Shown: piece by piece, positions 38,462 to 47,122 of the stretch | How the letters are laid out: each line of letters starts with the position of its first letter | Position numbering within the stretch: the stretch's first letter is position 1 | From: Planctomycetaceae bacterium | GTDB taxonomy: Bacteria > Planctomycetota > Phycisphaerae > Phycisphaerales > UBA5793 | NCBI GenBank assembly: GCA_040255465.1 | Contig: JBDZVA010000002.1 | Coordinates: 932,375-996,374, forward strand | Length of the DNA: 64,000 nucleotides | Reading direction: 5' to 3' | Made by a program: the position numbers and the translations under genes | The notes under the pieces: generated by a model | Told to the model about the DNA's origin: nothing | Databases searched by the model: none | The model's input: only the letters and a program-made list of their open reading frames with translations

Positions 38462-39412
38462 GTGGCCACGGATGTTCGTCTCAAAGTCCTGCCCCGAGTG
38501 GAGTCGCGCGGCCACCGGTACGTCTGGCTGCGATACCTGACCCAGGCGATCACCATCGGCATCCTTTTCGTCGTCCCCCTCTCCGGGCTGGCCCGCGTGG
38601 ATCTGTACGGCGGCGATCACCGCATGCTCTACAAGGAAGCCACCCTCAAGGAAGGGCTGGCCGCGGTCATCCTCGGGATTGCCGCCATGTACATTGCCAC
38701 CTTCCTGATCAACTTCGCGTGCGGAAGGATGTTCTGCGGCTGGGGCTGTCCGGTGGGGTTTCTCAACCGTCTCGCCGACGTAGCGCACCTCAAGCCTGAC
38801 AAGCGGCACGCCAGGTGGCGTCGGTGGCGCGATGCGGCGGGCCCTCTCGGACACAGCACGCTGCTGGTCGTTTCATGCATGCTCTGGTGGACCAGCGCCT
38901 CGACCTACGTCGCCTTTGATTCACCCGTCGCGCTGGCATGGGTCTGGGGCCTGACGCTCGCCGGTATCGCCGGGCTCGCCTCACTCGGCTGGTGGTGGCG
39001 CTGGGGGTTCTGCATGCGCGCCTGCCCCATCGGTCTGTACTATTCGTTCATCGCGCCGAGCAAGGAATTCGGCATCTTTTTTCGCGAAGCAACCGAGGAC
39101 GGCGGCAAGGATGCGTGTCTGCATTGCAATGCGTGCATCAAGGTCTGCCCCGTCGATCTCAACCCGATGGACCTGTGCGAGGCGATTCCCGCGCGCGGCG
39201 GGGTGAGCGTGGCCGACGCGCCCGCCAACAACCACTGCCTCAAGTGCGGCGATTGCATACAGGCATGCGAAATGATGATCGACCTCGCGGCGCCGCGTCG
39301 AGGCATCACCGAGGTGCCTCTGCGATTCGGTTTCTACGAGGGCGAGCAGCGGCTGGAGCGAGATCGGGCCGTTGCAACCACCGGCAACCCCACGGGTGAA
39401 TCCACGGCGTGA
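38462..39412 (+). CDS. CcoG/FixG-like membrane polyferredoxin (4Fe-4S)
   Basis: ORF 38306..39412. I prefer the in-frame GTG at 38462 because the first ~50 codons are Arg/Gly/Pro-rich and would abut the divergent Rrf2 start. Motifs: MFCGWGCPVG, CLHCNACIKVCP and CLKCGDCIQACE, with multiple TM helices. Confidence 0.65.
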   Translation: MATDVRLKVLPRVESRGHRYVWLRYLTQAITIGILFVVPLSGLARVDLYGGDHRMLYKEATLKEGLAAVILGIAAMYIATFLINFACGRMFCGWGCPVGFLNRLADVAHLKPDKRHARWRRWRDAAGPLGHSTLLVVSCMLWWTSASTYVAFDSPVALAWVWGLTLAGIAGLASLGWWWRWGFCMRACPIGLYYSFIAPSKEFGIFFREATEDGGKDACLHCNACIKVCPVDLNPMDLCEAIPARGGVSVADAPANNHCLKCGDCIQACEMMIDLAAPRRGITEVPLRFGFYEGEQRLERDRAVATTGNPTGESTA

Positions 39413-39503
39413 TGCTTGAACCGAGAGCCGCGCTCGGCAAGCATACAGAGCAACGTGTGGCACACTTCGGACTCCAGGCTGCGATCAGTCCAGTGATCCC
39501 TCC

Positions 39504-40904
39504 ATGATCTTCACCAGCTTCGTCTACGTCTATTTTCTGGCTTTCGTCGTCGCCGCCTACTGGATGGCGTACTGGCTGCCTCGCGGCAAGATGTGGCAGA
39601 ACATCCTGCTGCTCGTCGCCAGTTACGTCTTTTACGGCTACGTGCATCCGTGGTTCTGCTACCTCATCGCCGGATCCACGGTGCTGGACTACGGCTGCGG
39701 ACTGGGCATGGCAAAGTATCCGGCCCGGCGCAAGTGGCTGCTGGTCGCCAGCCTGATCGGCAACCTCGGCATGCTCGGCGTGTTCAAGTACTTCAACTTC
39801 TTCGCAGACAACGTCGTCATCGCCATGCACGGCCTGGGATTCGATATGGATCCGGTCGTCGCCCGCCTCTTTCTGCCGGTGGGCATCTCGTTCTACACTT
39901 TTCAGACGCTTAGCTACACGATCGACATCTACCGTGGTGAGATGGAGCCACGGCGCAGCTTCATTGACTTCGCGTTGTTCGTTGCGTTCTTTCCCCAACT
40001 CGTGGCCGGACCGATCGAGCGGGCCACACACTTTCTGCCGCAGATTGAGAGCGAGCGGAAGTGGAACACGGACGTCTTCGTATCCGCCTGGCCGCTGATC
40101 ATTCGCGGGTATCTCAAGAAGCTCGTGATTGCCGACAACGTTTCGGTGTATGCCGACAAGGTGTACATGCTCGATCATCCGACGGCCCTGCTGCTGGCCG
40201 CAGGCACGCTGGCGTTTGCGGTGCAGATTCTCGCTGATTTCTCGGCGTACACTGACATTGCGCGCGGCACGGCACGACTGCTCGGGTTTGAACTCATGGA
40301 AAACTTCGACTCGCCGTATCTGGCCATCTCGCCGTCCGATTTCTGGCGGCGCTGGCACATTTCGTTTTCCACGTGGATTCGCGACTACATCTACATTCCG
40401 CTGGGCGGCTCGCGCGTGAAGACGGCTTTCGCCGGAGCGATGATCGTGCTGACATCGATGGGGCTCAGCGGCCTGTGGCACGGCGCCGCGTGGCACTTCG
40501 TCGCGTGGGGGATCTACCATGCCATTCTGCTCATCGTGTATCGCCAACTTGGATACTCGGGCCGATGGAAACCGATCACCCGCCTCGGAGTTCTGCTGTC
40601 GTGGGCGCTGATGTTCTTCTTCACGCTTGTGGGTTGGGCGATCTTCCGCACGCCGAGCATGACGTGGCTGGTCAGGGCGGCGGGCAACATGTCCGTCGGT
40701 CTTTCGGGCGATTCGCTGCTCGTTTCGGCCACGATCGCAGCGCTTGTCGCCCTGTACTCCCTGCCGCTCATCGTGTCGCTCATCCTGTCGCGGCGCGAAT
40801 CAAAGACGGGCCCCGTCTCCGCCATCGCCTACGCGCTGGCGGTCTGTCTCATCGGCCTCTTCGCGCAAGAGCATGGCCAGGATTTCATTTACTTCCAGTT
40901 CTGA
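39504..40904 (+). CDS. MBOAT-family membrane O-acyltransferase (AlgI/DltB/PatA-like)
   Basis: About 11 hydrophobic segments. Conserved blocks ISFYTFQTLSYTIDIY, FPQLVAGPIER, RWHISFSTWIRDYIYIPLGG and the catalytic His region LWHGAAWHFVAWG. Confidence 0.85.
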   Translation: MIFTSFVYVYFLAFVVAAYWMAYWLPRGKMWQNILLLVASYVFYGYVHPWFCYLIAGSTVLDYGCGLGMAKYPARRKWLLVASLIGNLGMLGVFKYFNFFADNVVIAMHGLGFDMDPVVARLFLPVGISFYTFQTLSYTIDIYRGEMEPRRSFIDFALFVAFFPQLVAGPIERATHFLPQIESERKWNTDVFVSAWPLIIRGYLKKLVIADNVSVYADKVYMLDHPTALLLAAGTLAFAVQILADFSAYTDIARGTARLLGFELMENFDSPYLAISPSDFWRRWHISFSTWIRDYIYIPLGGSRVKTAFAGAMIVLTSMGLSGLWHGAAWHFVAWGIYHAILLIVYRQLGYSGRWKPITRLGVLLSWALMFFFTLVGWAIFRTPSMTWLVRAAGNMSVGLSGDSLLVSATIAALVALYSLPLIVSLILSRRESKTGPVSAIAYALAVCLIGLFAQEHGQDFIYFQF

Positions 40905-40916
40905 GAGCCTCGCGTC

Positions 40917-42290
40917 TTGAAACGTCTGCTCAGTCTCATCCTCTTTCTTGCCACGATCGGCGCCATCACCTGGGCGCTGCGGCCGCCTCCAATCGAGGCG
41001 CCAAAGCTTGACAAGGATGCGGTCGAGAATGCGCAGCGCTGGCGACAGAGCCTCATCGACGAGCATCCGCAGGTCGTGCTGCTTGGCAACTCCATGCTCG
41101 GGCACGGCGTGAACACCATCCACTTCGCGATGCGCACGGGCTTGCCGACCGTCAAGATGTGGGACGGCGGAGTGGCGTCCGCGTGGCGCTACCTCATGCT
41201 CAAGAACGTCATCGCCCGCAGCCCCGGCAGGCCCGAGGTCGTGGTGATCTTCTTCAAGGACCAGTATCTCACCGAACCGGCCTTTCGCGTAGACGGCAAC
41301 TACAAAGACCGCCTGGATGCGCTGCGGCAGCCCAACGAGCCGCTGCTTGACGAACTTGCCTACGGCAAGGAGCGGCGTGACCCGCTCGCTTATCTCATCG
41401 AAGACCACTGGCCACTGGATCGGCAGAGAGCGGTCGTCAAGCCGACCGTCGAGGACTGGGTAAAGAAGCAGGTCGGGTACGGCCTGCATGAGAATGGCAA
41501 AGAAGCGGTGGACGCGGCGATCGGGCGCGTCTTTGCCGACAGCAATCTGAACACTGAGCTGTTCACCAAGGCGCAGCTGGAGGCAATGGGCACAAAAACG
41601 AAGGACAATCGTGACTTCCAAACCCTGATCAGCGAATCATTCCTTCCGGCGGACATTCAAATCGCGAAAACTGCCGGCATTCGACTCATCTACGTGCGCG
41701 TCAAGCGAGCACAAGATGCGCAGGCGCAGGCGGACGGAACGGCTGCCTCGAATGACAACTCCTACATGAACCAGTATATGATCGACATGCGCGCCTATCT
41801 CGCTTCTCATGATGTGCCGCTGTTCGATTTCACCACGGAGACTCAGCTCAAAGTGAGTGACTACGCCGACGGCGATCACCTCACGGAAGCAGGGCGACTG
41901 CGATTTACCGGCATTCTGGTGGAGGCGCTGAAGGACAAGCTGCCCACGCCTTTGGCATCGGAGCGTCCGTACGCCGAACTTTCCGCAATGCGGGATCCGC
42001 TTGTCTTGAGTGGGCCGTTCAATTCTCGTCCACCGTTTGGATGGATTGCCAAATGTCCAGAATGGAAACAGTACGCCAGCAACGCAGGCGACAGCTATCG
42101 CTCGGTGCTCGAGGTGCTCGAAGATGGTGTGCCGCTGGGGCCCGCGAACTCGTTCATCTCGGAGATCGCGTCCAAGGGCTCCGGCCGCTTCTCTCACTGG
42201 CTCGATGCAGTCTACTTCTCCGCATCGGACAACACCGATCCGAACACGAACGGCCGGGTGTATTCAGTTCGGTTCAGGGTGCCCGAGTAG
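40917..42290 (+). CDS. Periplasmic SGNH-like partner of the MBOAT protein (putative O-acetyltransferase/esterase)
   Basis: TTG start 12 nt after the MBOAT stop. N-terminal anchor LSLILFLATIGAITWAL. Block I-like VVLLGNSMLGHG (Ser) and block V-like DGDHLT (DxxH). Has an extra ~130-aa C-terminal region. Confidence 0.45.
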   Translation: MKRLLSLILFLATIGAITWALRPPPIEAPKLDKDAVENAQRWRQSLIDEHPQVVLLGNSMLGHGVNTIHFAMRTGLPTVKMWDGGVASAWRYLMLKNVIARSPGRPEVVVIFFKDQYLTEPAFRVDGNYKDRLDALRQPNEPLLDELAYGKERRDPLAYLIEDHWPLDRQRAVVKPTVEDWVKKQVGYGLHENGKEAVDAAIGRVFADSNLNTELFTKAQLEAMGTKTKDNRDFQTLISESFLPADIQIAKTAGIRLIYVRVKRAQDAQAQADGTAASNDNSYMNQYMIDMRAYLASHDVPLFDFTTETQLKVSDYADGDHLTEAGRLRFTGILVEALKDKLPTPLASERPYAELSAMRDPLVLSGPFNSRPPFGWIAKCPEWKQYASNAGDSYRSVLEVLEDGVPLGPANSFISEIASKGSGRFSHWLDAVYFSASDNTDPNTNGRVYSVRFRVPE

Positions 42291-42511
42291 GTCCGCCGAT
42301 TGCGAGAGCGTCCGGACGATGCGGTGCGCGGCGCCTCAAGCCGAGTCGCCTCCGCGCATCGGAGATGCAAAACAGGGAAACGAACCCGGGTACAAACACT
42401 TGATAGCCGAGGCTGGGATGTCAATCATGCGCCGTCTGGGACGCGTGGCGAGTCCTCGTTCATTGCAAGTCTGCGTTGCCGCACCCGTTGGCGCACAGGA
42501 GGCTGTCGTTC

Positions 42512-43183
42512 ATGCCAGAACGCGATGACCTGCTCCGACAACTCGAATTCCACGTCGCCGAGGCCCATCGTCTGCGCGACGAACTTGACACCGGCGCCGC
42601 AACCGACTGGCGGCCGCACGGGTTCTACACGATGTACCACCTCATGGCTGGCATCACGCTTGGCGGTATTGCCGCGGCCGTCAGCCTGCTCTGGAACGTG
42701 CTCGGCGCCACGCTGCTGCTGCCAAACGAGCACCCCCTGTACATCATCAAGCTCTACCTGACGTTCGGCATGGGCGCGGACGCACTGAAACTCGACGAAG
42801 GCCCCAATCGAGGCCTGCTACTTTTCGCCGGATCGTTTCTCTACCTCGCCACGGGTGCGCTGTTCGGGATTGTCTTGCAGTTCATTCTGCAGGGTCTCTT
42901 CGGCCGCACCGGTCCGCTAATCAAAGCCATCGTGTGCGCTGCTTTTGGCGCTGGGTTGTGGGCAGCGAACTTCCTCATCATTCTTCCCTGGCTCCAGCCG
43001 CTGCTGTTCGGCGGGGGGAACTGGATCGCCGACCAAACGCCCTGGTACGTCGGCCTCTCGACGCATCTCGTCTTCTCGATGTCGTATTTCCTTTTCTCGT
43101 CGTGGGGTCGGTTTGACCCGTCGCGCGAACTGGCGCCGTGGGCCGACATGCCCAGACCCGCAGAGGACGCCCAGGCCAGCTAG
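42512..43183 (+). CDS. Hypothetical polytopic membrane protein
   Basis: ATG at 42512 in ORF 42476..43183. Four to five hydrophobic helices and no recognisable motif. Confidence 0.5.
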   Translation: MPERDDLLRQLEFHVAEAHRLRDELDTGAATDWRPHGFYTMYHLMAGITLGGIAAAVSLLWNVLGATLLLPNEHPLYIIKLYLTFGMGADALKLDEGPNRGLLLFAGSFLYLATGALFGIVLQFILQGLFGRTGPLIKAIVCAAFGAGLWAANFLIILPWLQPLLFGGGNWIADQTPWYVGLSTHLVFSMSYFLFSSWGRFDPSRELAPWADMPRPAEDAQAS

Positions 43184-43216
43184 CGCTCATCTGACTGATC
43201 CGATCACTGAATCCGG

Positions 43217-44284
43217 GTGGATGAAATGACCAAGTCTCTCGCGTACCTCGCACCAACTCTGGCGATCAGTGCCGCATGCCTCGTCGCGATCGGTGGCTGC
43301 TCGCGCGATACGCAACCCACCGAGACGATCGCGACCATGGCGGAACTGCCGGAGGGGATTCGAGCGTCCGTCGTCGCTTCTCCCGAACTGAAACTGGGCT
43401 TTGCCGTCTATTCCCGCAACTGCGTCGGCTGTCACGGGATCAAGGGCGACGGAGCCGGACCGGCCGCCGTTCGCCTGATCATTCAGCCGCGCAACTTCAC
43501 GACTGGCGAGTTCAAGTTTCGCTCGACTCCCAACGGTCAACTTCCGCTTGACGAAGACCTCCACCGCACCATTCGCCAGGGACTCAAGGGCAGCTCAATG
43601 CCCGCCTTCCAGTTCATGCCCGAGCGCGAGCGCAATGCGGTGATCGCCTTCATCAAGCAGTATTCCCCGAAATGGACTGACAAGGGGCAGAAGCGAGACC
43701 GCGTGATTCTGCCCAGTTCCGCGCCCGACAACCTGCTCACCGAAGAGCGGGTCTGGAAGGGTCGCTTTGCCTACATCGGCATGGGCTGCCACAACTGCCA
43801 CGGCATGACCGGGCGCGGCGACGGTCCAAGTGCCTACGCGCTGCATGATGATTGGGGCAACCCCGTGCGCCCCTACAACTACCATCGCGGCGCGCCCAAG
43901 GGCGGGTCGACTCCTCTCGACATCTACCGCACCTTCCGCACTGGCGTGACGCCCATGCCCAACTACCAGTCAAGCACGCTGGGGCTGGTGACACGGGACC
44001 TCAAACCCACGGTCTTCAACCTGCTCGTCGAACAGGAACAGAAGCTCATCGAGCCCTACGTCGACTCGCTCGCCACCATGGAAGAGGTGATGAAATGGCA
44101 GGAACAATCGCCGGAACGCTACGAGGCGTACAGCGATGACCGCGCCTGGGATCTCGTCGCCTACACCCTCTGGCTCCGCGAACAAAGCAAGCCCGTTGGC
44201 GAACGCAGCGCCGCTATCTGGCCCCATCACCCGGAATCCGAAGCGAGCACATCGGCTGACACGCCGCCATCTACAGGCAACTGA
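43217..44284 (+). CDS. Diheme c-type cytochrome, probable lipoprotein
   Basis: Lipobox-like VAIGGC after the signal sequence. Two CxxCH sites (CVGCHG, CHNCHG). Immediately upstream of ccoN. Confidence 0.75.
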   Translation: MDEMTKSLAYLAPTLAISAACLVAIGGCSRDTQPTETIATMAELPEGIRASVVASPELKLGFAVYSRNCVGCHGIKGDGAGPAAVRLIIQPRNFTTGEFKFRSTPNGQLPLDEDLHRTIRQGLKGSSMPAFQFMPERERNAVIAFIKQYSPKWTDKGQKRDRVILPSSAPDNLLTEERVWKGRFAYIGMGCHNCHGMTGRGDGPSAYALHDDWGNPVRPYNYHRGAPKGGSTPLDIYRTFRTGVTPMPNYQSSTLGLVTRDLKPTVFNLLVEQEQKLIEPYVDSLATMEEVMKWQEQSPERYEAYSDDRAWDLVAYTLWLREQSKPVGERSAAIWPHHPESEASTSADTPPSTGN

Positions 44285-44329
44285 TTCTTCCGCGACACTT
44301 GCATCGCCCCTGACGGAAAGCATGCACTC

Positions 44330-45787
44330 ATGACTCAGACAGTTACGACCCCACTCATTCGACCCACCGTCGTCACCAGTCGCGGCGAAACTCGCGTCCT
44401 GGTTGACACGACTGCGTGCAAACTCCACTTCATCGCCGCGGTAAGTTGGATCGGCGTCGGCATCGTCGCCGGCCTGCTCTACTCGTTCGTCTTCCTTCGC
44501 CTCTACCCGCATGAAGGCGTCGAAGTGCTCAGCCCCGGCCGCATTCGCATGATCCACACCAACCTCATGGCGTATGGGTTTCTGACCAACGCGTTTATTG
44601 CCATGCTGCATTGGGTCGTGCCGCGACTCACGGGCGAGCCGGTTCTCAGTCACCCGCTTTCCAAGGTGATTTTCCTTGCCTGGAACGTGATCGTTGGCGC
44701 GGCGGTCTGGGGCATCCTGACCGGGCAGGCCCAGGCGATTGAGTGGGGCGAAACGCCTTTCTGGGCCGATCACCTTGTCGTCTTCGGCGTGGCTCTCGTC
44801 GTCATCAACTTCACGTGGTCGATCATCCGTTCGCGCGAGAAGTCGATGTACGTCTCGCTCTGGTACTTCACCGCCGCATTCGTCTGGACGCCGCTGGTCT
44901 ACATCATGGGCAACTACCTGCCCCAGACGCTTGTGCCCGGCACCGGCGGCGCGGCCCTCGTCGGCCTCTACATCCACGACCTCGTCGGCCTGTTCGTCAC
45001 GCCGATGGGCTGGGGCTTGATGTACTTCTTCGTTCCCGTCATCTCCCGCAAACCGATCTACTCACACGCCATCAGCCTCGTCGGTTTCTGGGGGCTGGCG
45101 TTCTTTTACCCGCTCAATGGCGTGCACCATTTCCTGTGGTCGCCCATTCCGATGTTCGCGCAGTACGGCGCCGTCATCTCCACCATCGCCGTGGAAGTCG
45201 TCGTCACCACCGTCGTGATCAACTTCGTCATGACGATGCGCGGCGAGTGGTATCGCCTCAAGGAGACGATCGCGCTGCGCTGGTTCATGGTCGGCATGAC
45301 CTGCTACTTCATCACCTGCTTCCAGTGCGCCTTCCAAACCACGCTGACCATGCAGAAGGTCATTCACTTCACCGACTGGGTCGTGGGCCACTCGCACCTG
45401 GTCATGTTCGGCGTCTTCTCCTTCTGGATTGCTGGCGTGATCGAACATCTCTGGCCCAAACTCACCGGCCGCAACTGGTGGTCGCGCCGCCTCAACCTCT
45501 GGCACTTCTGGCTTTGGACGCTTGGCGTGGCGCTGATGTTCACCGACCTTACCGTCATCGGTGTTATTCAGGGCCTCGTGTGGGACAGCCTCCGTCCGTG
45601 GGAAGAGTCCATCCGCTATTCGGAAATCGGCTGGTTTATCCGCATGATCACCGGCTGGATGATCCTCGGCGGGTTCCTCTGCCTGGCGCTCAACATGTTC
45701 ATGACTTTCATGGCACGCGAGGATCACACCGACACCGAGTACGCCGGCCAGTTCCCCGAAACCTCGGCCGCAGGAGCGAGGGCGTAA
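44330..45787 (+). CDS. ccoN: cbb3-type cytochrome c oxidase subunit I
   Basis: Twelve or more TM helices. Heme-copper blocks HWVVPRLTG, GLYIHDLVGLFVTPMGWG and HFTDWVVGHSHLVMFG. Confidence 0.85.
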   Translation: MTQTVTTPLIRPTVVTSRGETRVLVDTTACKLHFIAAVSWIGVGIVAGLLYSFVFLRLYPHEGVEVLSPGRIRMIHTNLMAYGFLTNAFIAMLHWVVPRLTGEPVLSHPLSKVIFLAWNVIVGAAVWGILTGQAQAIEWGETPFWADHLVVFGVALVVINFTWSIIRSREKSMYVSLWYFTAAFVWTPLVYIMGNYLPQTLVPGTGGAALVGLYIHDLVGLFVTPMGWGLMYFFVPVISRKPIYSHAISLVGFWGLAFFYPLNGVHHFLWSPIPMFAQYGAVISTIAVEVVVTTVVINFVMTMRGEWYRLKETIALRWFMVGMTCYFITCFQCAFQTTLTMQKVIHFTDWVVGHSHLVMFGVFSFWIAGVIEHLWPKLTGRNWWSRRLNLWHFWLWTLGVALMFTDLTVIGVIQGLVWDSLRPWEESIRYSEIGWFIRMITGWMILGGFLCLALNMFMTFMAREDHTDTEYAGQFPETSAAGARA

Positions 45788-46564
45788 ATGGAAAGATTCA
45801 ATTTCATCTTCGTGGTTGCAGGCATCGGCTTCTTCGCGCTGGCGTTCGTCATCATGGGCGCTCTGCCGCTGGCGCAGTATCAGGGTGTGGATGTCGTGAG
45901 CATGGCGCAAATCGCCACCAACATCCCCTATCAGTTTGAAGAGCTGGCCCGCGACTATCCCGACGCTTTTCAAAGAGCATTTGGCACGACCGAGCCCACC
46001 GCCGCCGCCTTCGAAGACGCCCTTGAGACGGGTCGTCAGGCCTACATCGCCGAAGCCTGCTGGCACTGCCACACTCAGCAGATTCGTCGCATCGATCCCA
46101 ACGACGGCACCGAAGTCGGCCACGACATCAGCCGCTGGGCGTCCGACACGCATCAGGAATCGCAGGCCGATGAGTACCACAATGCGATGAACTACCCGCA
46201 CCTGTTTGGCACCCGCCGCGTGGGACCAGATCTGATTCGCAGTTCGGGTCGACACAGTAACGACTGGCATCTCGCGCACCTGTGGAATCCGCGGCAGACA
46301 TCGCCCTATTCCGTCATGCCGCCATACACGTGGTTTTTTGACGACGCTGAAGGCAAGGTGCCCAACAAGCGCGGCCTCGGGATTGTGACCTACCTCCAGT
46401 GGCTTGGATGCTGGTACACGCAGTTCGCTCCATCTGAGTACAAAGACCTGCCGCAATTGCCCGTCGACGAAGCCTGGTATCCGCCGTACGTCCCGCCCAA
46501 GGATGAGCCGACGGAAGAAGGCGGTGACGACCCCTACGGCTCGAGCGAGGAGGATCCTTACTAA
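45788..46564 (+). CDS. ccoO: cbb3-type cytochrome c oxidase monoheme subunit II
   Basis: ATG directly after the ccoN stop. N-terminal TM helix, CWHCHTQQIR heme site, GPDL and MPPY blocks typical of CcoO/FixO. Confidence 0.8.
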   Translation: MERFNFIFVVAGIGFFALAFVIMGALPLAQYQGVDVVSMAQIATNIPYQFEELARDYPDAFQRAFGTTEPTAAAFEDALETGRQAYIAEACWHCHTQQIRRIDPNDGTEVGHDISRWASDTHQESQADEYHNAMNYPHLFGTRRVGPDLIRSSGRHSNDWHLAHLWNPRQTSPYSVMPPYTWFFDDAEGKVPNKRGLGIVTYLQWLGCWYTQFAPSEYKDLPQLPVDEAWYPPYVPPKDEPTEEGGDDPYGSSEEDPY

Positions 46565-46899
46565 TGCGCACGGACCACCCTGAAAACCCGCCGACTTCAC
46601 GAGCTCAGCCGCGCAGCGGCAAGAACCCGCTGTGGGTCTGGATCTTCCTCTGGTCGATCACGGTGCTCGCCGGCGCCGGTTTCATCTTCAAACTTGTTGA
46701 GTTCACGCTCGCCTGGGCCCGCGGCGGCGCCGGGTCCTTCGCGATCGTGCCCGTCGTCTCGTATCTGGCAGTCGCAGGTGGATTCCTCTGCATCTTCATC
46801 TGGTCTTTCAACCGCGGCGAGTACAACGATGTCGAGCGTGCCAAGTACCGCATGCTCGAGATGCAGGATGAGATTGATGCGCGAGGAGGCCGCGCATGA
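46564..46899 (+). CDS. Small two-TM membrane protein in the cbb3 cluster
   Basis: ATG at 46564, 2 nt after the ccoO stop codon (46562-46564). Two hydrophobic helices (LWVWIFLWSITVLAGAGFIF, VPVVSYLAVAGGFLCIFIW). Confidence 0.55.
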   Translation: MRTDHPENPPTSRAQPRSGKNPLWVWIFLWSITVLAGAGFIFKLVEFTLAWARGGAGSFAIVPVVSYLAVAGGFLCIFIWSFNRGEYNDVERAKYRMLEMQDEIDARGGRA

Positions 46900-47036
46900 G
46901 GATGTTCCGTCGCCACGCCGCGCACACCTACGAGGGCTACCACTTTCCGTGGTTTCTCACGCTGTTCTGGATCACCTTCTTCTCTGCGGCGGTGATCTAC
47001 CTGGTCCGATTCCTCTTGCTGAGTGGACCAAACTGA
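46896..47036 (+). CDS. 46-aa single-TM micro-protein (CcoQ-like position); not in the ORF track
   Basis: Hand translation: ATG 46896 (ATGA overlap with the upstream stop) to TGA 47034-47036 gives MRMFRRHAAHTYEGYHFPWFLTLFWITFFSAAVIYLVRFLLLSGPN. It is below the 60-aa track cutoff. Confidence 0.45.
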   Translation: MRMFRRHAAHTYEGYHFPWFLTLFWITFFSAAVIYLVRFLLLSGPN

Positions 47037-47122
47037 TTCACAGGCCGGATGCCGAGGTCCAGGCGGAGTCAATCACTGCGAGGGCCACGCGTCGCGCAAT
47101 AGGGCGTCGAGAAAGACCAGGC

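Noticed and set aside
39306-40547. 413-aa minus-strand ORF
   Set aside because: Antisense to the MBOAT gene, whose hydrophobic-helix pattern and conserved His block are unambiguous. The composition is Arg/Pro/His-rich and not protein-like.
43970-44977. 335-aa minus-strand ORF
   Set aside because: Antisense to the end of the diheme cytochrome gene and the start of ccoN. No motifs and skewed composition.
44743-45939. 398-aa plus-strand ORF in an alternative frame
   Set aside because: Same strand as ccoN but out of frame. The translation is dominated by Arg/His/Pro/Leu runs (RRGSRRHQLHVV...), whereas the ccoN frame carries heme-copper oxidase motifs.
45062-46600. 512-aa minus-strand ORF
   Set aside because: It lies entirely antisense to the well-supported ccoN/ccoO genes. 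The translation is Arg/Gly/His/Asp-rich with no motifs. This is a typical long shadow ORF of a high-GC genome.
46694-47122. N-terminal extension of the P-type ATPase ORF
   Set aside because: It overlaps the two small membrane ORFs and is Ser/Arg/Pro-rich. The ATPase metal-binding N-terminus starts after ATG 47123.
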